A DNA stretch of 63,139 nt, the filler included. It is 6 parts of 6 records of this genome, joined end to end, with 100 filler letters (N's around TTAATTAATTAA, not from the genome) between each part and the next. Parts side by side here need not be neighbours in the genome. Positions count along the whole stretch, not along the records: positions 1 to 12,069 come from DRR723986_15901; positions 12,170 to 27,876 come from DRR723986_15902; 4 more parts are not named here. The stretch is one strand, 5' to 3'. This document shows positions 9,254-17,565 of this stretch, piece after piece. Numbering within the stretch: position 1 is the stretch's first letter; every line of letters starts with the position of its first letter. The position numbers were made by a program, and so were the translations under genes. Below the pieces are notes generated by a model. The model ran no database searches, was not told where the DNA came from, and saw nothing but the letters and a program-made list of their open reading frames with translations.

Positions 9254-10363
9254 TTAGTCCCGACCGAGTCTGCAACTAATGTGTGCGTCCTGCCCAAGCT
9301 GCCGGACTTGTAGGCCGTGAACTTGCGCGGAATCAACCAGCTCAGCGATCCCGAGTCCTCCCAATGGCCCGGGAGCCCCATTGCCACCGATCAGCTTTGG
9401 ACCGACGAAAATTTCGCATTGGTCAATCTGCCCTATGTCGGCCAAACTCCCCAACAGCTCGCCACCGCCTTCGACAAGAACATTCGTAGCTCCAGCGTCT
9501 GCCAAGTGAAGTAGCAGCGCGTCAAGGCGTTGGTTTCGATCAGTATGAGGGCAAATCTGCACATCAACACCAAGGGAACTTAGTGCCGCGGCGTTTTCGC
9601 GATCGTGCTCAGGCCCGGCCCACAACAGTACTGGTTGATCCCGAGCCGTTTGAGCAAGTTTGCTACCGGTTGAAAGCGAGGCTAGAGAGTCGACAACAAC
9701 TCGAGTCGCCTGTCGTTTGAGCACAACATCGCGAGCGTTCAACTCCGGATCATCAACTTGCGCAGTGTTGCGTCCCACGACAACCGCGTCGACCCGAGCT
9801 CTCAAGTCATGAACGCATTGACGGCTCTGAGTGCCAGAGATCCACTGGCTATCATTTTCGCGAGTTGCAATGCGACCATCGAGGCTCATAGCCCACTTCG
9901 CGACTACCCAAGGGCGTCCTGTTTGCACGCGTTTGAAAAACGGAGCGCAGAGCCATTTCGCTTCTTGTTCGCAAACTCCTACATCGACTGCAATTCCGTG
10001 ATTCCTAAGCTGCTCGATTCCCTTTCCGGCAACCTTGGGAAACGGATCTTTAACGGCTACAACAACCCTAGACACCTGGGCTGCTATAAGTGCTTCGGTA
10101 CAGGCTGGTGTTTTACCAACATGGCAGCATGGTTCGAGCGACACGTATGCCGTTGCACCAGCCAACGCGGCAACTTCCTCGGCTTCGGCCAAGGCATTGC
10201 GCTCGGCGTGCAGCCCTCCAAACCTTTGGTGATAGCCTTCACAGACAAGCTTGCCATCTCGAACGACCACGCACCCGACCATCGGATTGGGTTCGACATG
10301 GCCCTCGCCAAGCTTCGCCAACTCAATGGCCCTCAGCATCCACGTTCGGTCTTCGTTGGTCAT
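9254..10363 (-). CDS. ribD: Riboflavin biosynthesis deaminase/reductase RibD
   Basis: PNPMVGCV, HAE, LEPCCHVGKTPAC, AMSLDGRIA and LVEGGG motifs. Confidence 0.96.
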   Translation of the reverse strand: MTNEDRTWMLRAIELAKLGEGHVEPNPMVGCVVVRDGKLVCEGYHQRFGGLHAERNALAEAEEVAALAGATAYVSLEPCCHVGKTPACTEALIAAQVSRVVVAVKDPFPKVAGKGIEQLRNHGIAVDVGVCEQEAKWLCAPFFKRVQTGRPWVVAKWAMSLDGRIATRENDSQWISGTQSRQCVHDLRARVDAVVVGRNTAQVDDPELNARDVVLKRQATRVVVDSLASLSTGSKLAQTARDQPVLLWAGPEHDRENAAALSSLGVDVQICPHTDRNQRLDALLLHLADAGATNVLVEGGGELLGSLADIGQIDQCEIFVGPKLIGGNGAPGPLGGLGIAELVDSAQVHGLQVRQLGQDAHISCRLGRD

Positions 10364-10672
10364 GTTGGCTAACTGTTGTTCCGATGTACAAATCTGCTAA
10401 ATGAAAACCACGACAACGCCACTTGCCCCAACCGAGCTTGTGCAGTACCGCTTGATAGGGGAATACTGTCCCAAATTTACGCTTGCCGGCTTTCGATTGC
10501 GGAGGTTCTGCGATTGGAGGCGATCGTTTGCTTGTGGCGAACCACACTGTAGGGTAGGTTAAGGGCTCGGTGTCACCTCGCGGACAATTCGCGAGTCTTT
10601 TCAATGCTCCTCTAAAATGATATCGAGAACCCAGTGGATAGTCTTCCCACTTCGGGCCAATTGCAGCGTTGC

Positions 10673-11143
10673 ATGGCCTTATTGCTTACATGCCTGATGG
10701 TTACCGGCTGCGCGGACGACCGCCCTTTGCACGTTCCGATTCCTGATGAAATCGGTTACGTTGCGACAGACTCGGCGGCTACACAAAGCCGCGAGAGCAC
10801 AAGAGTGGCTTACAGTTCGCTCGCCAAACCTGAATCAGCAATGGTTGACGGAGTCTTCGTTCGGACCGAACTCACTGAAGATCCTTCCGAGCCACAGGTG
10901 CTTTGGGCAACGACGAATTCTGCGCGAAAGATCACTGCAGAGCAACTCGTTGTGTCGCTCTTGAAGCATGCGCCAGATTGGTTGCCGCTTAAGAACGAAC
11001 GCGTTGCATCCGATGGGAGAGAGGTAGCCAATTTGGGGTCGGGCTACAACAAAGTCGGCGAGTCGGAGATTCTGACTTGGACATGGACCAACGAGTCTGC
11101 AGACACGGACTTGGTGCTCAAATTCGAGTTCAAACTGAAGTAA
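10673..11143 (+). CDS. Hypothetical lipoprotein
   Basis: Lipobox-like LMVTG-C after a hydrophobic stretch; ORF could start at GTG 10634. Confidence 0.6.
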   Translation: MALLLTCLMVTGCADDRPLHVPIPDEIGYVATDSAATQSRESTRVAYSSLAKPESAMVDGVFVRTELTEDPSEPQVLWATTNSARKITAEQLVVSLLKHAPDWLPLKNERVASDGREVANLGSGYNKVGESEILTWTWTNESADTDLVLKFEFKLK

Positions 11144-11989
11144 GCATTTGTGTGGGCGGTGCGCGGATAGCTGCGCTGAGAGCGTTTACTTCCGGCTATC
11201 GCGCGTCATCAGGTAGGTGATTCCCCAGACGATTAGTGCGAGCAATGCCCCAGGGGCAAGCAAGCTCACTAATCCGGCGAGGACATAGACCAGGTTTTGC
11301 ATTGACGGGGCCCGGGGATAGCCTGCGCGCTCGATCGCCCCAGTGCAGGGCATTAGAAAAGGCAAGGACGCAGCACTTCAAATATAGCTTAGTTGCAGGC
11401 ATTTCGGCTTGCCAATAGGTGAAACTTATAGCTGCCCGATGTACTTTTCGCGGCTTGAATACCGAATCTGCCACCAATAGAGTGGGCTTTTCCCCCGAAA
11501 GCGCCAAAATTTTGGCGCCCCCACCAAACACACTTGCCCGCCGCTGACGTTCTCCGTTCAACCGTTTGTTTGCCCCGGACCGAACGCACAGCAAGAACAC
11601 GTGGCACTAAGAAGATTCACGCTCCCAGAATCTTGCCCAACGGCGAAGTACAGACTTCCGGTTCAGTTCAATGCAATACCTCCGGCCAAACTCTGTAGGG
11701 TCACTCCCGCCAAACTCTATGCTTTGCAGTGGCAATCGCCGCTAAAGCGATGGAGAACCGCGCAGAACAAAGGGTCGCAAAGCGGACTGGCAAGCCTGCA
11801 GATCTGTGCCTTCAGCCCGCTGCGTTTCACTCCTTCAACCAGATCGCGACGTTATCAAGGCCTTCTCAAAGCTCATGTGATGGCATGACGAATGTCATCA
11901 TATTTGTGCCAACGTTTTACCGGCGACCTGACTCTTGCTGACGCACTGTAGCACAAAACCGAGCTGCCACTCTGACCTCAAAACACGAA

Positions 11990-12035
11990 AAAACCCTTGG
12001 AAACACTGGCATCTCTGCGTATTTCCAAGGGTTTT
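11990..12035. terminator. 14-bp inverted repeat directly 3' of the tRNA (terminator and/or att-associated hairpin)
   Basis: AAAACCCTTGGAAA (11990-12003) pairs with TTTCCAAGGGTTTT (12022-12035). Confidence 0.6.
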
Positions 12036-12041
12036 CGTAGG

Positions 12042-12069
12042 TAGCGGAGGAGGGACTCGAACCCCCGAC
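12042..12069 (-). tRNA. 3' part of a tRNA (T-arm and acceptor strand), probably tRNA-Met; truncated by contig end
   Basis: Minus strand reads GTCGGGGGTTCGAGTCCCTCCTCCGCTA. The anticodon is not present, so identity is tentative. Confidence 0.75.
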
Positions 12070-12169
12070 NNNNNNNNNNNNNNNNNNNNNNNNNNNNNNN
12101 NNNNNNNNNNNNNTTAATTAATTAANNNNNNNNNNNNNNNNNNNNNNNNNNNNNNNNNNNNNNNNNNNN
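12070..12169. other. Artificial contig linker
   Basis: N44-TTAATTAATTAA-N44 (stop codons in all six frames). Confidence 0.99.
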
Positions 12170-12345
12170 GGCTGCGTCAGATGGTGCACCAAACAAGTCA
12201 TCCGCCGCAGGGGCCGCATCGGCTGGAGCCGCGTCTGCAGGAGCACCGAACAAGTCATCCGCCGCTGGAGCCGCGTCGGCGGGAGCTGCATCTGACGGAG
12301 CGCCGAACAAATCGTCTGCCGCAGGTGCCGGGTCAGCCGGAGTTG
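12170..12345 (-). repeat. 57-bp intragenic tandem repeat (at least 3 copies)
   Basis: GCACCAAACAAGTCATCCGCCGC-like units at 12186, 12243 and 12300. Confidence 0.85.
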
Positions 12346-13021
12346 AGTCTAATGGAGCGCCGAACGGGTCATCCGCAACTGGCGGGTCAACCGGAGCGGG
12401 ATCCACTGGAGCAGGCTCAACAGGTGCCGGATCACCGAACAAATCGTCATCGACTGGCATTTCAGCCGCATCGTTCTGCGGAAACGGGTTACTCTCGGCT
12501 GGTGGGTCTACTGGTGTTTCAGCGGGAATGTCCGAAGGACTCTGCGCTACTTCGGGTTCTGGATCTGGAGCGGGTTCGTCGACTGCTGGCTCGACAACTG
12601 AATCAGCAGCATCCATTGGCGCTTCTTCAACTGCGTCAGGCTCTTCTGCCGACATTTCCGCGTCGTCTTCAGGATACTGAACATCTTCATCAACGGCGTC
12701 TTGCATCTCGCCGTGGTCAGCCATCGCGGGCGCTTCCGACATCAACTCGTCGGACATCATGTCACAAGGGCTAGCGACAGCACATGGGTCGGGGCAGCAC
12801 TCAACGACAACCGTTTCACAACAACTGTCAACTTGGCCACATGGATCGACTGGTGCACATGCAGGCTGGCATGGATCAGCAACTTCACACTGAGGCTGAC
12901 AAGCTCGTTTCGCCAACCAACCCCTTAGCCCGCGTCCTGCCCAAAGAGGATTGATTGTGAAAATGACAGATAGGAGAGCGACCGTGCTGCAACGTATCCA
13001 GTACTTAAAATGCTTCGACAT
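12170..13021 (-). CDS. Secreted Cys-rich/acidic Pro-Ala repeat protein (3'-truncated)
   Basis: Signal peptide, Cys-rich segment, then 19-aa repeats APAADDLFGAP(S/A)DAAPADA. Confidence 0.8.
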
Positions 13022-13518
13022 TGCGGATTGACCCCGTGGTTTTCGATCGGGCAGGAGAAGGGATGTGAGGAATTTATCCTGGTTATGCTAGTCGGATAAA
13101 TCGGGATGAGCAACTAAACGGTCCCACGTAAAATGCAAGCATTCCCGACGAATCCTGAGAAATCACCTCAAGTGGGCAGGGAAGTAGCGGTTTTGCGGAA
13201 CAGTCGTCAGCTCGGTTGACCCTAAAAACATAGCAAATTGCAAATCAAAATGTGCATCTGCGGCGAGGGATTAGTGGTAGAAACCACACTGAGCAAACCG
13301 GAGCCGTACCCGCGACGTACTTCGGCTAACGCCCGGCGACTGCACGAGTCCAGCGAAATTGCCCAGAGAAATTTATCGCCCGCGGATCTGAATTCTCGCT
13401 GAGTTGATTTGTCACTTTGCTTCACACAGGCAGTACAATACATCACAGACGCCGGGCCGTGATCTGTCCTAGGTTGATACCACTTCTCACCTGCAATTGC
13501 CGCTCAACTTCCTTAGTA

Positions 13519-14682
13519 ATGCAAATTCGTTCCAAAGTTCGATGGATTTCCGAGCGGTTGGCTTCAGTTCGTAGGACTGAGTTGCTGAGGGGGCAGGTGC
13601 GTTTTCATCTATCTACCTACGCCTGGTTGATCACGCTGGCCGCTTCGATGTGCCTGCTAGCTTCCTCCAGCCTTAGCTTCCGGGAGCTCTACCCTGCAGC
13701 AATATCACTGCCGGTTCTCTGGTGCGTGAGCCTGCTCTTTCGTCTGTCTGCTCAACAATTCGCGCTTGGTCGTGACGCTGGCGACACAATTTGGCTTGTT
13801 GGCCCGACAGGTAATCTGTCACTCGATTACGAATTCCTAAACCGCGGGCGGCTGCTTGCTTACGCCCTGGCTGGGCAGTTGGCGGGCTTCGCACTGGTAG
13901 CAGTTGGATGGCTGGTCCAGTGGGCTACTGCTGAGTCGGATGCGATCCTGTTATGGCAGGTCGATTTCCGCGGTGGCTGGAGCAATCACGCATTGGCAAC
14001 GCAGTTGTTTTGGGTGAACACATTCCTTTGCGGGCTGCACCTGCTGCCAACCGTTCCATTCGACATGCGCGCTCTCTTGTACGGCGTCTTGCGTGGTGAA
14101 GAGACGGTGCCGGTTAACCCGTTTGTTCTGCGTGAGGTCGGCAAGGTCGTTTCGCATCTATCTGCCGGTGCTCTGGGCGCCGGGACGACGCTGCTTTTGC
14201 TTTCGGCCTTCCGCGTCGTCGAATCCCCCTGGTATGCGCTGCTAGGTTGTGCCGTATATCTATTCGTTGCATCGCACTGGGAAACGGTGCGGGCTGGTGA
14301 GCTTGAACAGCAGTACTCGCCCTTTGGGAGCGGCATGCCTGGAAAAGCCCCTAGTCGGCGGAAGAAGCCGCTGGGCTACAGCACAATTGACGAAAACTCG
14401 AGCGCGAGCGAACTGGAAGAGGCGGGCTTTCTGAGCGATGAAACAGACCTCGCGCCAGAGCTACACTGGAAGGACGAGTTTTCACAGGCGCACATGGACG
14501 GCGATTCGGTCGATGGTCACCACCCAAGCGACGACTTGCCCGCGGCCAAGCAGTTGCCCTTAGACATGGACGAGATTCTGCGTAAGGTGCATCGCGAAGG
14601 GCAAGATTCGTTGACGGCCGAGGAGCAGCAGTTTCTGATTTCTGCGAGCCAACAGATCAACGCGAAGCGTGAGCGCAAGTAG
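13519..14682 (+). CDS. Site-2 protease (M50)-like membrane protein with degenerate motifs and DUF6576-like C-terminus
   Basis: Multiple TM segments; HLLPTVPFD resembles NLLPxxPLDG; C-terminal MDEILRKVHREGQDSLTAEEQQFL. Confidence 0.65.
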   Translation: MQIRSKVRWISERLASVRRTELLRGQVRFHLSTYAWLITLAASMCLLASSSLSFRELYPAAISLPVLWCVSLLFRLSAQQFALGRDAGDTIWLVGPTGNLSLDYEFLNRGRLLAYALAGQLAGFALVAVGWLVQWATAESDAILLWQVDFRGGWSNHALATQLFWVNTFLCGLHLLPTVPFDMRALLYGVLRGEETVPVNPFVLREVGKVVSHLSAGALGAGTTLLLLSAFRVVESPWYALLGCAVYLFVASHWETVRAGELEQQYSPFGSGMPGKAPSRRKKPLGYSTIDENSSASELEEAGFLSDETDLAPELHWKDEFSQAHMDGDSVDGHHPSDDLPAAKQLPLDMDEILRKVHREGQDSLTAEEQQFLISASQQINAKRERK

Positions 14683-14829
14683 CAGCAACGTAGATTTGTT
14701 GCGTCAATCTATCCGCGATGCATTTTCGGCGACCTGAGCAATCCGGAAATTCGTGTAGACTGTCCGCCAGGGAATAAGCGACGTCAGATAGGATTCGGTC
14801 GTGACCCGCTGGAGTAAAAGAACATAACA

Positions 14830-16140
14830 TTGCCTGCCGAGGTCATCACAGTGATTCGTGCGAAGACATCTCATTTTTTCATCCTGCGAATCGGCACGCT
14901 GTGCTTGTTTGCATTCACAACTTTTTCACTGCTAGATCATTCAGTCTTGGCAGAAGACACCCCTTCTACGCAAAGCGAAACGAAGGCAGCGAATGTTCTT
15001 AAGCTCGCGTGGCGAGGACCGGAAGGCAAACTTGAGGTCTACGACAATTCCAACACCTATGGCTCCGCGGTGGATGTAAATTCCAACGGTGCGATCCTGG
15101 GCGTCCACGAGACGGCCTCACCGAACGGGATGATCCTCTCACTGACCAATTTCTACTGCGACGATAAACGCTGTTTCGAAATCCCTAAGCTCGATAAATT
15201 CTCAAACGTCAGCCTGTCGGCACTAAGCGACCAAGGAACTGCCGTCGGTTACGCGAGCCGCGCGCCCGGCAACCCGAACGGCTCGCTAATCGGAGCCATC
15301 TGGGATGTGAAGACAAACAAGACCACCGCACTCAACCCCATCGAGGGCGAAGGTGCCTCGCACGCCATCGATATCAGTGCCGATGGGCAGCTAGTCGTAG
15401 GTTATTCCACCGGTGCCGAACCTGCCAGAACGAGGCCTTGCGTATGGACGCGTTCACCAGAGGGTGACTGGTCTGCTGAAGCATTGAAAACAAAATATCA
15501 GCAGAATCCCTATCTAATCACCGGCGGTATCCGTATCTCACCAAACGGAAAATACATTGCCGCTTGTTGCACCGAGAAGACCGATGGCTACCGCTTCGAC
15601 AACCATATAGTCTTGTGGGAGAGAATTGATAACACTTGGAAGGGAGAACAGATCAGCGAGGTTTCAGCGCGAATCGGACATGTTAACAATGACGGTCATG
15701 TGGTCGTCAACGTCAACGTAAATGGCAAGATCATGCCGCATTTTATTCGTGAGCCTGGAAAGCTCGAAGAGATCGCCCTACTAGAAGGTGATGACTCAGG
15801 TGCAGCCAACTTCATAGATAGGGATGGGGTAATTTACGGTGAATCGAATGATCCCTCAGGGCCAGAAGGCGGACCGACTGCGTTCTCGTTCGACGGCAAG
15901 GAAACGTCGACTCCGTTCTGGGCTTCGAAGGCATACTACAGCGCCATCACGGCAGGGACTGACGATGGCATCCTTGTCGGGAACATCGATGTGATCATCA
16001 AGGGCGGAAGCCTTCGTCTAGCCGGACAAGACAAAGAGCTGATCGATGATTCCGAGAATCAAGAGTCGGGCGATCAATCCGGTAGCGAACTCACTGTAAA
16101 GACACTTGCCTTCCGCTGGACGCCATCCAGCGAACCATGA
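14830..16140 (+). CDS. Secreted beta-propeller (HAF-repeat-like) protein
   Basis: Repeated AxD(I/V)(S/N)xxGxxVVG motifs; signal peptide. Start uncertain. Confidence 0.65.
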   Translation: MPAEVITVIRAKTSHFFILRIGTLCLFAFTTFSLLDHSVLAEDTPSTQSETKAANVLKLAWRGPEGKLEVYDNSNTYGSAVDVNSNGAILGVHETASPNGMILSLTNFYCDDKRCFEIPKLDKFSNVSLSALSDQGTAVGYASRAPGNPNGSLIGAIWDVKTNKTTALNPIEGEGASHAIDISADGQLVVGYSTGAEPARTRPCVWTRSPEGDWSAEALKTKYQQNPYLITGGIRISPNGKYIAACCTEKTDGYRFDNHIVLWERIDNTWKGEQISEVSARIGHVNNDGHVVVNVNVNGKIMPHFIREPGKLEEIALLEGDDSGAANFIDRDGVIYGESNDPSGPEGGPTAFSFDGKETSTPFWASKAYYSAITAGTDDGILVGNIDVIIKGGSLRLAGQDKELIDDSENQESGDQSGSELTVKTLAFRWTPSSEP

Positions 16141-16191
16141 ATACTGAATCGACCACAACAAACCCACAGCTACTGAAACGAGTAAGAACTT

Positions 16192-17511
16192 ATGAAAGTC
16201 AGCCAACTGCGCAGCCTTGCACTGGCAGCAACACTTTGCAGCACTCCTGCCTTTGCCGCGGACTCATGGACCCAATGGCGCGGTCCCGATGGCCAAGGGC
16301 ATGCTACCACTGAATCAATCCCGCTGAAGTTCTCCGAGTCCGAGTCTGTCGTTTGGCGTACTCCGCTGACTGGAAAAGGATGGTCGACTCCTGCGATCGC
16401 TGATGGAAAGATCTGGCTGACCGCAGCCGTGGCCAAGGAAGCAAGCGCGGAGGAACAAGCAAGGCGGCTTGCTGGCGACAAGCTTGCCGGCATGAAAGAA
16501 GTTGCGGCAGAAGTTCAGCTCCTGGGAATCTGCCTTGACTATGAAACCGGCGAACCGATTCATCAGGTTCTGCTCAAGACCGTCACCACACCTGATCCGA
16601 TCCACCCGCTGAACACGTACGCGAGCCCGTCGCCGATCATCGATGGTGACAAAGTCTACTTGCACTTTGGTGCATACGGCACCTGGTGCTTAAACAGGGA
16701 CACTGGTGACAAGCTCTGGGAGAATGCAGTCAAGCTGAAGCACAGCGTTGGCCCAGGCAGCTCTCCATTGCTACACGATGACCGGCTGATTTTGGTGTGT
16801 GACGGAATCGATGATCAATTTGTCGCAGCTCTCGATACGGCAACGGGCGATGAAGTCTGGAGGACGCAACGCCCTCCCCTTCGTACAACTGAGCCGGAGT
16901 ATCAGAAGGCCTACAGTACACCGATCACGATTAACGTAGAAGGGCGCGATCAAGTGGTTGTACCCGGAGCACAATGGCTGTGTAGTTATGATCCTGCCAG
17001 CGGTAAGGAACTTTGGCGTGCTGACCACGGCAAGGGCTTTTCGGTTAGCCCAATGCCAATCTACGCAGGTGGAATGGTCATTTTTTCTACCGGCTACATG
17101 AAGCCAGAAATGGTTGCCGTTAAGCCAACCGGCACAGGAGATGTCACCCAAAGTCACATTGTCTGGCGGGAGAGTCGAGGTGCTCCTGCCAAGCCATCGC
17201 CAATTGCGGTTGGTGATAGCATGTTCATGGTTTCGGACTTAGGCGTGTTAACCAAGTTGGATGTTGCCACCGGTAGCATCGTTTATCGCGAACGACTCGG
17301 AGGCAACTACTCAGCGTCTCCGGTGCAGATCGGCGACAATCTCGTCTTTTGCTCCCATGAGGGTAACGTGACCGTCGTTGATGCGAGCGCAGACAAATAC
17401 ACCGAAGTTGCCAAGAATGAACTTGAACCAAGGCTCATGGCTAGTCCAGTCGCAGTTAACGGGCAGCTCTTCATCAGAACCGAGGACGCACTTTATCGTT
17501 TCGGTTCATGA
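16192..17511 (+). CDS. PQQ-like beta-propeller (BamB-like) protein
   Basis: WTQWRGPDGQG, GWSTP, GPGSSP, TGxxxW repeats; ends LFIRT. Confidence 0.9.
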   Translation: MKVSQLRSLALAATLCSTPAFAADSWTQWRGPDGQGHATTESIPLKFSESESVVWRTPLTGKGWSTPAIADGKIWLTAAVAKEASAEEQARRLAGDKLAGMKEVAAEVQLLGICLDYETGEPIHQVLLKTVTTPDPIHPLNTYASPSPIIDGDKVYLHFGAYGTWCLNRDTGDKLWENAVKLKHSVGPGSSPLLHDDRLILVCDGIDDQFVAALDTATGDEVWRTQRPPLRTTEPEYQKAYSTPITINVEGRDQVVVPGAQWLCSYDPASGKELWRADHGKGFSVSPMPIYAGGMVIFSTGYMKPEMVAVKPTGTGDVTQSHIVWRESRGAPAKPSPIAVGDSMFMVSDLGVLTKLDVATGSIVYRERLGGNYSASPVQIGDNLVFCSHEGNVTVVDASADKYTEVAKNELEPRLMASPVAVNGQLFIRTEDALYRFGS

Positions 17512-17565
17512 GCCATTCCTGAACGGGGCCCTCGTCGAAGGCTTTCAGGTGGCAGGGCCTGAGTT

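Noticed and set aside
11935..12117. ORFs running into N-linkers (also 27744-27932, 37531-37713, 53318-53515)
   Set aside because: They are artefacts of the linker and overlap tRNA, hairpin or terminator sequence.
12114..12125. Recurring TTAATTAATTAA as a biological repeat
   Set aside because: It is always centred in N-runs, as a synthetic six-frame-stop spacer.
12170..12345. CRISPR-like periodic repeat
   Set aside because: It is an in-frame 57-bp coding repeat with synonymous variation and no unique spacers.
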